The translations under genes and the position numbers were made by a program. DNA of 64,000 bases, taken from Dimorphilus gyrociliatus. Taxonomy: Eukaryota; Animalia; Annelida. The stretch spans positions 1-64,000 of the forward strand of contig CAJFCJ010000045.1 in NCBI GenBank assembly GCA_904063045.1, in the 5' to 3' direction. This document shows positions 48,509 to 60,418 of the stretch, in pieces; the stretch's first letter is position 1, and each line of letters starts with the position of its first letter. The notes below the pieces were generated by a model. It searched no databases and was not told where the DNA came from. It saw only the letters and a program-made list of their open reading frames with translations.

Positions 48509-49816
48509 ATGGATAACGCCGTTTGTTCTTTAAAAGAATTGTCTCTAAAACTAATATTATCAGATATGCCTTATCAGAATAAGATCTGTTCAATAAACAA
48601 TTTCCGTATTCCACCAATCGTCTCAGATCAAATTTTTAAAATTACCAACCAAAGTGGTAAGATAACATTGAAAACAAAAGACTTGAATTTCTTCTCATCG
48701 GATTATACAACATTAACAACTCTTGAATTAGTTAACATCAAATCAACAAAGTTAGATAATGTAAAATTTCTTAAAAATCACCCGATAAGGATTTTAAAGC
48801 TGTTACGTGTGTTAAACGTTAACGATATTTTAGCAGAAATTAATCCAAATTTCGTTGAGATCTTTACAATCGAATCCGAACTGAATGGGAAATATCTTAC
48901 ATTAAACAATCTATTATCAACGAGAACAATTCAAAAATTATGTCTGATTAAAGTTAGACTGCAAAGATCTCAACCGTTTATCAATTTTATTCAAAATCAA
49001 TTACTTATAGAAAAACTTGAACTTTGTGACGTAATAATTATGAAAAAGGAAAGCGGTGATACAACACTACCGGTAATGAGCCATTTAAAGTCGTTGAAAA
49101 GCCTAAAACTGATATCCTATAATTTCACTTTCCAAGATATCTATTTATTAACAAGTTACTTGAACAGTGAACATAGTTTGCACAGTTTGTCTGTTCATTT
49201 TCTATATAATTCAGATTTCCGAAAAGAAGAAATGTTTTTCCAGAATATCTCCAACTTTGAAACGAATCTAACAAAATTGAATTTAAAGTTTTATTCAAGA
49301 ATATCAATGGAATTATACGCGGAATTGATTATTTCATCGAAATACCTACAAAATCTTCATATTTGCTTCCATAACATGTACGGTAAGAAAGATTTCTTTA
49401 GAAAGATTCTAGGTAGATGCCAATTGAAAAAGCTGACATTCGAATGTGAAAAACTCGGAAATGAACCAGTACAATTTGTCAATTCTCAAATGAATATGGA
49501 AAAATTATCTATTGTTTTCAAGTACGTATTCAATTATTGTTCAAACATCTCCGAAATGAACTTTTTCCCTCATATTAATTCGCTTGATAATTTAAAAATC
49601 TTTAAAATTGTTAACTATTCAACTCCTATTGAAAATAGTAGTAAAATCATTCTCAACGATTTCATTAAGAAACAAGAAGAACTCCGATATCTAATCTTTA
49701 ATAAAATGCCATTAAAGCATCCATTCGATATTGGTTTAATTACGAAAGAGAACTTGGCTATGCACGCTCATCTAGACTCTACAAAGGATATTTTTTCGCA
49801 TCAGTTGACCAATTAA
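48509..49816 (+). CDS. LRR protein with BC-box/cullin-box-like N-terminus, 435 aa
   Basis: SLKELSLKLILSD...RIPPIVSDQIFKI followed by degenerate LxxLxL repeats; intact single-exon ORF. Confidence 0.65.
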   Translation: MDNAVCSLKELSLKLILSDMPYQNKICSINNFRIPPIVSDQIFKITNQSGKITLKTKDLNFFSSDYTTLTTLELVNIKSTKLDNVKFLKNHPIRILKLLRVLNVNDILAEINPNFVEIFTIESELNGKYLTLNNLLSTRTIQKLCLIKVRLQRSQPFINFIQNQLLIEKLELCDVIIMKKESGDTTLPVMSHLKSLKSLKLISYNFTFQDIYLLTSYLNSEHSLHSLSVHFLYNSDFRKEEMFFQNISNFETNLTKLNLKFYSRISMELYAELIISSKYLQNLHICFHNMYGKKDFFRKILGRCQLKKLTFECEKLGNEPVQFVNSQMNMEKLSIVFKYVFNYCSNISEMNFFPHINSLDNLKIFKIVNYSTPIENSSKIILNDFIKKQEELRYLIFNKMPLKHPFDIGLITKENLAMHAHLDSTKDIFSHQLTN

Positions 49817-49907
49817 ACAATTCAATGATTCTTTCACAAATTTCAACAACTGTTGACCAAAATTGCGCAATACTTTCGAATAAGTATACGGGGGTTTTCG
49901 AATAGAA

Positions 49908-49926
49908 GGGGTTAGGGTTAGGGTTA
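49908..49926 (+). repeat. Interstitial telomere-like (TTAGGG)n run
   Basis: GGGGTTAGGGTTAGGGTTA. Similar runs at 38773-38792, 50500-50512 (opposite strand), 51226-51240, 56832-56842 and 59246-59263. Confidence 0.75.
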
Positions 49927-50128
49927 ATTTTCAGTGTTGATACAAAATTCAAACAGTGTTTTTGTTATTTGATTGAAAAATAAAATTGATTTATTTAATG
50001 AGAAACAAGTTTTATAGAAATTATTGCACTACATTGTAAAATGATTGTCGAAATATGCAAACTTAAAGTCGTCTCTAAAGAAATGGCGATAATATCGAAT
50101 TGAAAAATATCTTGACCTAAAAACCCTG

Positions 50129-51300
50129 AAATCCAATATTCAAGTGCCATCCTGTTAGTTCGTTGTATTCCTTCGTAATAGCAAATTAAAGTTGTTTTGT
50201 TCTTCTCTTAACAAGAAGAGAGATTTGCTCTGTCAGTAATTTGAATTGTTTTCGAGACATACTCTATTGGAGAGTCAGTGTTTTTCCATATCATAAGCCA
50301 CTGTTTCCCCATTCTTTAATAATAATAACTAAGGTGTAGGATTTTGTGAACAACTATACAATAATACAGAAATGCTTTGTATGACGACGTGATAGTCTTT
50401 TTGAAGAGCCAACGTAAAAACCCATAGAATTTGAATAAAGAAAACTTCTCTATGCTCTATCATATTAGTAGAGTTTAACGAACCCTGCGAGAACCTTCAC
50501 CCTAACCCTAACAATTTATGTCTTCAAGTAATATGGGTTGTAAAGCGAAATTCCGACTGCTGTGGGAATGGAACATCATTTTTTTCGTTGAGGATGTATA
50601 GTCCATGCATCCTCAACGATAATAACTATTTATGCCCCTCTTAATATTAGAAAATATCTGATGTAAAATGAGAACATTTTTTATATTCTTGGACGTATGG
50701 CCTATACTTGCTCGACTATAACAACTATTCATTCCTTTCCTAATATCAATAGATGTGTTATATATCTTTAGAATACCTCTTGTAAAGAATGAGTACGAAA
50801 ACGAGTCCAGTTGAACCAACAATAATACACAATCATAAAAGCATAGTTTAAAGATTTATTTTAGGCCTATAATAAACTAATTCTACAGTTATTCTTTCTT
50901 TTTGCAATGTCTACGTATAAATGCCTATCGCTACTCGTGTAAATTCGATTAGGTTTTATTATTCAATTCGCATTTGAAATAGTAGTAAAAATTATTCTCA
51001 ACGGTTTCATCAAGAAACGCAAGAGGAATTGAGATATCTAATCTTTAATATAATGCTATTGGAGTATCCATATGATATCGGTTCAAATACGACACAGAGA
51101 ACTTAGCCATGCACGCTCGTCTAGACTCTACAAAAGATATTTATTCAGATCAGTCGACTGAATATATAATTGAATAATTCTTTTACAAACGTTACAGGAT
51201 TTTTGTATAGCAGAGGTTTTAGAGTTTAGGGTTAGGGTTAATTTTTCAATGTTGATAAAAATTCAATGAAAAATAGAAATGATTTATTTAACGAAAATTG
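50129..51300. pseudogene. Collapsed tandem duplicate of the ~46450-49990 block
   Basis: Colinear fragments: 50129-50293 matches ~46455-46620 (GDPH-gene exon 3); ~50655-50945 matches ~47965-48275; ~50965-51300 matches ~49620-49990 (LRR 3' end plus TTAGGG run). Confidence 0.8.
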
Positions 51301-54300
51301 ACTTTTGTAGTAGTTTTTTCAACATTTGACCAAAACCGTTCAAATCTTCTAATACATTTTCATCGTTTGCCATTTCTATATTCTTTGACGAAAGTAGAAA
51401 TTTAACTTTTCTGCCGCTAGTCTGCAAATCGAAAGTAAGCTGTTGGTCTAAAAACTTGACATTTACTTACTAATTTATAAATATTTGATGTATTTATCAA
51501 TCCGTTAAATGAAAATTTACATTTATGACTCAGATTTAAATGATTACAGACATTTTCAGCAATTTTATGAATATTCATAATTTTGTAGAAATATGGTAAA
51601 TGTTTAAATTCTTCTATACATACAACAACAGTTTTTGTTGTTGAACAACATTCAATTGATTTGATAAATGCAATATCTAGAAAAAATTTTCCCTTGTAAA
51701 TGATATTTTAAGTCTAGTCAACCTTTTCTAAGTGTATAGTTACGCTTTGAAAATTTCAACTCTATAATCTGAGACACGTGACTTTGCCTTAAATCGACAT
51801 GTTTTTTTTAAGAGGATTGTAATTGGGTTTTTTTTTTATCTTAACACTGCTACTTACATTTTCTCGGCATTCACCTTTTTCTTGTATTTATAAAATGATT
51901 TCAAATCCCTTAAAGTATATAATAAAGGATCGATAACGGAATTTATCGGTACAATAACAATAACTATGGCAACGTAAATATTCTTTTTTATTGATAAATC
52001 AAACAATGCCGAATATACTCCTGTTAAAGAGGATAAAAGAATGGGCGTCTATCAGCGTTAAAAAATGTTGAGAAAAGAGATTTTAATACCTAAAATAGAA
52101 ATAGGAAACCAACATAAAAAGTTTGTTACTACGATTAGAAATGCGTTCAACTTGAATTTATTTTGTCTGTTTTTGAATTGTTGTTTATTCAATAAATCTT
52201 TTGATTGTAAAGTTTCTTTCCAAATTTGAAAGTAGAGTAGAAATATTATAAGGCATACTATTGATACGAAAACCCCAAAAACGATAAACGAAAAGAGCCA
52301 TCCTTCGGCTTTTTCGCTTGTTATATGTAAAGTAAAACATACGGGACTTTTTGAATAATAAGTCTACAATTTATATTCAACTATTATCTCATTTAGACAA
52401 TAATTCTTACTTATTCTATTTACGTTGTAAATGAACAGCGGAAGTGACGAGGCGACCGCCGACGTTAAGAAACAAATCAACATTATTAATATTCCTCTAG
52501 ATGTTGTTAACGTTCTCTTTAGAGGATTAATTATCATTAAATATCTTTCGACTGTAATTAATAAAAGACTTTGAATTGACAATAGAATTGACCAACTGCA
52601 CAGCCAGCCGATTATACTGCAAGATGGGCTATTCCTCCAAACAAAGTCGTTCTCTACGTATTTGCCTCTGTAATAGATGTCGACGCTTCCTATTGAAATT
52701 AAATAGGCCGACGAGCATAAATCGGCGAATGATAGACTTAAATGAAACCAATTCTTATGCTTTTTAGTCAATACACATCTGAATAGAAGGGAAATTGAAT
52801 TCTCGAATAGGCCGGTTAACGCCAAAATCCAAAGAATCGATTGAATTGTCTTTGAACCGAGAAGATCATTGCAAGAATTGAATAAGGAGGTGGAAGGATA
52901 ACAATTTTCAAGAGATTTCGAATAGATCTTTGAAAAACAACAAAATGAAAAATAATCGCTTTGCAACTCTTTAAGCGACTTTAACGGCTTTATAAGAGAT
53001 GTTGCGTGCTTCAACGGTACTTTGGTGTTTGTCAGTAAAAGACGTTCAAGACCGTTCAACCATATAAACGCATTCGGATGGAAATCGTTAATAAACGAAT
53101 CTTTAATTGTTAATCTAACGAGTTTTAATGAATTTTTGAACAGTGCATTGTTCAAATAAGAAATATCCGTCGATATAAAATCAATTGATAATAGATTGAG
53201 CGTATCTTTTAGCATAGTATCGAAATAAATCAGTATTTTTGTATTGAATATTTTCAATTCTTGTAAATTTCTTAACGGATGCGATAGAGTCGATGACATA
53301 TTTAATATTTTACAATTATTTAAATAAAGATAGGCAACATTTGGGAAAATTTTCGATATTTGAACATTAAAAATTCCGGATGAATTATAAAATGATAATG
53401 AAATTATTGATAATTTCTTATCTATATTATTATTATATTTCGTCATATTTGACCAAATTGAAATATTTAAATATTTAAATTTCGATAGATAATCATTTTC
53501 AAAAATTATTTTCGTACTTTCAATCGTTTTGAATGAACAATGAATTGAATAGAAATTTTTCATTTTACAATATTCTACAACAGTTCTATTGGCTGTCGAT
53601 TTGCAGTAGAGTTCATCCGTTCCTTTTAGACAGTCGATTATATCGTTACATATATCGTAGAGTGGAATGTATAATTTCTGATTTCTACACTTTAAATATC
53701 CTTTCGGTACGAATTTATCTAAAGAAAAAAACGCTTAGTTTGCAAGAAAAATCTCTCAATTTTTTTTTTCATAATTTTTTCAACCGCAATCGAATTCGTC
53801 GTCGTGATAAACGCAATGTACAATTCCGTCACAAATCTGCTTTATCGATATACAATAACCAACTTTATTACACAAGTATTTACCCATTTCGCAAGATTTT
53901 CTATTACAGTTTTCCAGACTGGAATACGGAAAATGAACTCTTGTCAACAGATTTCCCATTGAAGTATAGACAACTTCGCAACTATTGCTTTTCAAATTCT
54001 CTACACTCTTACAAATCTCCGGTGGAATTGCATTCTCTTTGGCGCAAATACTCTCTTTTTCGTCTCTTCCGTCTAAACAATCCCATTGTTTATTGCATAA
54101 TATTTCTTTCGATAGGCATTTCCTATCGCATTTGAATCTATCGTATTGAAGACAGTCTACAAAATAGACGAGTAAATGAAGGGCAGCGGTATCTTTTCAA
54201 TGATATTTTACCATAATCATAATCGAATAGTCGCTCCTGAGAGCATTTTTCATCGCTCTCGTCAAAGCAATTTCTCTCCCGATTACAGACATATCCATCA

Positions 54301-57300
54301 TCTATACACTGCATATTATCGCATCTGCAATTTAGCCTATAAACTGAAGATAACTGTTGAAGATTTTTTTTTGGATATTTTCACCTCGTTTCATTCATTC
54401 TACACTGTTTAGTTTCTGTTGAATATGTATTTTTTTTTGTAAATAATCCCATTATTTCTATTGAGTTTATAGAAGAAATTACCGCAATTCACCTCGTCCA
54501 GCTTATTAGGGCAATCGTACACAGAATCACAAACTAATTGGAATGCTATCGTTGAACTTACATCGCAATAGAACAATTGAATATTTCCGCAATTTTTCTC
54601 ATCTTCACCATCAGAAATACAATCGTCAGTACCGTCGCAAACGTTAATCGAATGAATACATATATTATCCATAGTACAATGATAGAAATGATCTGGACAA
54701 CCGTTGAATTGAACATTTTTCAATCTATTCACCAAAGAAAATCCATAGTCGTCTTTCAATTTTTTATTGTTTTATTCTCAATTTATTTGGAAATAATTGA
54801 AATATTCTTACAAGGTAATTTACAGAACGTTTCGGTAATAACATTCAAGTTACAATTGTTTGGAATAACTGTATATTTCACTGGATAAAATTGAAAAACT
54901 TTTTCCAAATAGTAGCATCTCTCTTCATTTCCAATATGGAAATTATTATTGGCATTTAATGTTTCCTGAATAGTTAGACATTCCCCTAAATATCTATACA
55001 GTTGGAGAAACGGCAAAAACTGTAATAAAGCCTACATTAGTATGTGTTGTTTTGTTTTTTGGTTACTTTGATTGTTGTTCAAAGATGAAAGCGTAAAATT
55101 CATAAGGTTTTCTATCGTCGTATACGAATATTTCGCGTTCGTTTACATCTTTAACAATTTTCAATTCTATATAATAAAAAAACGACAACAACAACAGGTT
55201 TTTGAACTATTCAAATACGGTAAAAAATGATGTCAGGGTTAATATTTACTTCCGGCAATGTTCTTTTTAACTATTCCAACGTGTCTATTGTCGCCTGTTG
55301 TTATTTGGGAAAAAAATTCATATTCATCATTCGAAAAATAGAATTGAGTTGAATTTATCTTCTGGCATTCTTCTCTCGCTCTACTTATAGACACTCTTCT
55401 ACCGTATTTCAATTTTACATAACAACCGTCCTGAAAACTATACGCATTCTCTTTTAAACATAAAATGTCTGTTGAAAAGAAAACGAATAAAAAGTTTATT
55501 CAACTTTATTCAACATTCTTTTTCAATAGAAAAATGAAAAAGTTGCCTGTATTATTTGTACATTCCAATTCGAAATTGTGTGATACGTCGTAAGATTGTA
55601 TAGGCCTAGTAAAACATGGATGACGTAATAGCGACTAAATAGGTAAAAGAACAAACTTATTAGGAGGAGGTTTACTAAAGGTTATATTGCATTGCGAGAT
55701 ATTGGAATAATTGGGACAATCCATAGAGAATTCGTACGCCGACGGATATCTAATCGATGAACCTCTCAACATTCTAATTGTACCAGTTTTATATCCGAAA
55801 TATTTGCATATAACCATTGCTTCGTAGCTTTTTATCTCTCTAATATCTCTATAAAACCAATTGTTTTGATAATAGATTATGACTAATCCGTGATAATCCG
55901 CCAGAGAAGTTTTAATTGTTTTTGAAGAAAATTTCCTATCACTTTGGTAGAATGAGAGATCGTAGTCTTAAACAGCAAAAATTCAATGATTTCCGTTGAT
56001 TCTTTATAAAGATAATTAAGAAATTTTATTCTGTATTTTAACGCACCTTTAACCGTATTGGGGTTAGCGCAATAAGCCGCCGCTATAAAACCTCGAACGT
56101 CTAAGCTCGCTTTACAGCCGCCCAATAGGTCATTCTGCCATTTACAAGCTCGAAAAGCAGGATACTTTGTTGTTTTATAATGAATTCGTAGTTCTCCGCA
56201 TATTTGAACCTATTTAATTGATAATTTTGAATTAAATTTTGAATGAATTTATCACCTTGACCTTTTTGCCTTTCATTTGTTTCTGTTGATATTCAATTGG
56301 AATACGAATTTTACCAGCAAATTTACATAGCAATTCGGCTATACGATTTCTGTTGAGGAAAGTGAACATAAGAGGATAAGCGCCAAATGTCTTTGATACA
56401 AATATAAGCGATAGCCAATCGTTCAAGTTCATTTCAAAGTAGTATTGTTTTTGAAATGAAGACATTTCAACAATATAAGAATCTAATTAAAAAACTGTAA
56501 TTATATCTATTCACAATTGCATTCGAAACTATTATTATTCAATAGTTTTCATATATATATATATATATATATATTTACCGTTCAACTGTTTTATCGAACA
56601 AGATAACTGTTCAAAATTCTCTTCTGAATAGTTTCTTAATATATTCACTTGTAATAATTCATTAATAAATATTGGATTTATATCAATTTCATTTACGCTT
56701 GTCATTGTTTTAAAGAATTGACTTTTATTACAAATGTTCAAATTTATTCCCTTTTTCTTAACCAATTGAAATATTCTACCGTTGAATTGAAGAAACAATT
56801 TGAAATTGTATTCTTCTAACGTTTTTATTCTGGGGTTAGGTTCGTAAAATGCGAAAATATCTATATTAAAAAAAAAATAGTAAAATCATCTATTTTTCAC
56901 GAAATAATAAATGAATTAACAGTTTGATTGAATTTTAAAACATTTCAAACAGAGTGAACCGTTGTTCCGAACGTCAGACGCCTCGAGATGCTTCCTACAA
57001 AAACAAACGTTTATTTCTTTCGATGGAGAATATATTCTCAAAATAGAAACTAATACAAAACGTGTAGTCCATCACCAATATTTACTGGCATTAATGACGT
57101 ATAGTCTGAAATATTGAATATACATTCTTTCTTACTGACAAATGATTGAGGCAACCGCTAAAAGAACAAAAAAATACCCCTTTTTCGCTCGCAAACTTGA
57201 ACAGTAAAATGAATATCGTCGTATCCTAGTAGTTGACACAATTTCTTATGCTGTACCGTATCAATATTCACATCAAAAGCGATGTTATAAGTTCTATTCG

Positions 57301-58642
57301 AATGTTTAATCTTTAAATATATTCGACCATAAATAGATAGATTATCTTCGAATAGAGATTCCATAAAATAGACAACGTTTGTAGTATCTAAATACATTGA
57401 AAATATTTCTTCCCTTTTCAACTGACATGGATTTTTAGCTAAAGAAAAATTGAAAATTAAATAAAGAAATCCGCCGAATAGATTCTTTTCATAGATTCTA
57501 AACATATCTCTTTCTGTTCAAGCTACTTTAACAACAAATGTAAATAAGAAGAGGAAGAAGATATATGTAAAAATAAAAATTGCATAGTTATCTTGCCAAA
57601 TGGATATGTGGATATAGTTAATTTCTGTTGTTAAAATAGCTGTATGAATGTATACACTATACTGTGTATAAATAGAAAATAATTACAAAATGGCTGTGGT
57701 GGCCTCTTTTAGTTGAACCACTGATTCAATGAAATGGAGTTAATGTTGATATTGTTTAAAAAAAAAAATTGTCCCTTACCGCACTGTTTAATAAAGTGAT
57801 TATAATTCAAATCGTTTATATAACTTGAACTAGTAGAATCTTTATCTCTAAAGTAACATTCCGTCTTTATCGGATGATAATCAAAACTTCTGAAATTTTC
57901 ATTTACCAAAATTATTTTAGACTTGAAAGCAACAGTTTTGTTGAAATATTGAAAAATTTCACTAAATTTTCACTAACTTGCATTCAGTTAAAATTGAACA
58001 CATCCATTCGCATTCCGTAATATCAGAAGTAGTTAAATACGCAATTGGTTCAATACTTACTTGCCATCCAATCACTTTAGTATAATTGCAACCTATGATA
58101 TTTAATAAAACAACAATACTCTGTCTTACCTTTAGCTGAATGAGAAATGAACTTTTTTTCACTTACCATAGTTTAGGATAGTCTTGGCTGATAAAATATA
58201 ACATAGATTAACTAATCAAAGTCAATAGGCCTGATTGATTAACTTGTTTCTCTACTTACGACAAATTGAAATTTTTTCGTAATAGTCGATTGAAGGAAAT
58301 GTAATTAAACTCTTGTCAATTCTTGTAAAATTTTTAAAATAGCACTGATTATCATTTGTATAAACAGCGACGAATGACCTAAATCGGTTAAAGGGATAAA
58401 AGTCAAAACACATGAGACTTTTTAAGTATTCTCGCCATTTACTTGCAATCCTTTAGGTTATTGCAGATAAGTTTACATTTTTCAACATTTACCCCGTGAA
58501 ATCTTCCTATATTGCTGGTCTCTATTGCCTGATCTTGTACTTTGTCGTAATTACACGCTAGACAAATGTTGGCAATTTTTATTAATAGAATTAATAATAA
58601 TAACAAAATGAAAAGAAATAGTTTTACGAGAACTGATTCCAT
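51284..58642 (-). CDS. GRL101-like (LGR type C) LDLa-LRR 7TM receptor, multi-exon; probable PAN and SRCR N-terminal exons; 5' extent inferred
   Basis: 7TM exons: TM1-4 in ...53563-52424 (LSFADLCSSAYL, WRNSPSC, ITVERY), 52363-52090 (TM5-6, VTNFLCWFP) and 52020-51858 (TM7, VPINSVIDPLLYTL). LRR and hinge QSDYFSFCC...SCNDLL. At least six LDLa repeats between ~53590 and 54760. SRCR-like exons near 55640-55910 and 57210-57400, PAN-like exons at 57700-58560, and a signal peptide at ATG 58642. Confidence 0.75.
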
Positions 58643-59592
58643 TTAAAAATATTACGAATTCAAGTAGAAAAGTGAATTTCAACTGTTGAATTCTCGACAT
58701 TACGCACACTACCAAACACTCTTTCTCTTTCTCTCGCTCTTAGTGGCTTGGTGGCAAGCTATACCGATGGTGAACTGACGGAAAATATTGAAAAATGAAA
58801 GAAATGTATAACATACCGTAGCATCAAGGCCTAAGAAGACTAGTTAATGGATAATTTTAATGAAATATGGATTAGATCCAACTTAATAAAATGTTGAACT
58901 TTTGGTATATTCTATTCATTCATAAACGCTTTCTATTAGTTCAATAAATATCATAAATAATTTAGTTTATTATCAAATATTTCATGTTCAATTCTTCTTA
59001 AATAATTAATTTAACTTTCATATTTATTCAATGTTTATTATGCTTTTATTATAATGAAAAATAAATACATTTTTCTATATTCTTCTGATCTTCATCTCTA
59101 TAATTCTGTGTCTTCTATTACTTTCAAACCCATTAACGCAACACCCAAGTAGTCGATCATTTAAGTATATATACTGTATATATTTAAATAATGATCAGGT
59201 AAGGTCTCATCATCAACGTCGTCGGAAAACTCGATTATAAACTTGTAGGGTTAGGGTTAGGGTAAAAAAAGGTTTTTGGGGATTTGTGTAAATTTTTAAC
59301 AAAGCAATTCTATCTTTGTATAATATTCATTATATTCAAGCAAATTAATCAGATTTTCTCCCTTTTCGTCTTCAAGATTAAGTGAAACGTTTTTCTTGTT
59401 ATGAACAGTTAATAAACTATGGACATTATATTTTCTTGATTAGAATTCATTTCGATAACCTGCATTAAAATTACCTATTTAAATATTGAATTAACGTTAA
59501 TTAAGTGATACTTTATTTACATTTGAAAAGTTTACATTGATTAACCATTGCTAAAATAATGACACTTATTTTAACCGGCTGTCATCTATACA

Positions 59593-59675
59593 ACCAGGAT
59601 GGCCGAGTGGTTAAGGCGTTGGACTTAAGATCCAATGGACGAATGTCCGCGTGGGTTCGAACCCCACTTCTGGTA
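59593..59675 (+). tRNA. trnL-UAA: tRNA-Leu, anticodon UAA
   Basis: ACCAGGATGGCCGAGTGGTTAAGGCGTTGGAC-TTAAG-ATCCAA...GGGTTCGAACCCCACTTCTGGTA. Acceptor stem, TTGGA/TCCAA anticodon stem, long variable arm, and A and B boxes are present. Confidence 0.97.
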
Positions 59676-59677
59676 AA

Positions 59678-59687
59678 TTTTTTTTTT
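59678..59687 (+). terminator. RNA polymerase III oligo-T terminator
   Basis: T run starting 3 nt after the tRNA 3' end. Confidence 0.8.
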
Positions 59688-60418
59688 CTCTCTCTCTTTA
59701 TTTTTTTCTACGTTTTTTTTTCTTTAAATTTTCTACGAAATAAGCCTACAAACTAGACGCAGGTCACGTGATTTTAATTGTTATTATTTTTTGTATAAAA
59801 ATATTCAATTTCAACATTTTCTTTTATTTAATCATAGCGATTGCTGAGCATGCAAAAATAAGAAAAAAACCATAATAACGAGCATTCAGAGCAATCGATG
59901 TATTCGATAAGATAATCTATTTTGTAATAAGGTCGGCAAACAGGAAAGGAGATGTTGAAAAAAACATTCATAGAATCGAATATCAAGGATGTTTACCGTA
60001 ATTGTTTTGGTAACTTTAATGCGAATGAAAGAAATCCATCGTCTATTCTCCATCCAATAGAATAGATAAGAAACTTTGCAAATTGAATAGATTTGATTTA
60101 TTTACATAATTTCAAACACACACACACACACACACACACTCTCTCTCTTTCTCATCTATATTAATAATAGGTCAATTCTTCAAGCAACAAATAAACTATT
60201 ACAGTTTTGCGGGACGACACTCTACGTAGAATAGAATTCGACAACACTGTAGTTGACAAAATTATTAGTAAAAGGATTAGATTAGAGAGGAAGCACTGAA
60301 GAGGTTATATTATACTGTATAGAGAGAGATACGTAATGTATCTAATGGGATGATGATGATAAAAATAGTCAAGCTGAACAATTGTTCAATTTCATCAGAG
60401 CAATATCAATTGATTTTT

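Noticed and set aside
52040-52060. Apparent stop codons before TPILL, suggesting a dead TM6
   Set aside because: The region is intronic; the true TM6 (VTNFLCWFP) is in the 52363-52090 exon and splices cleanly to 52020.
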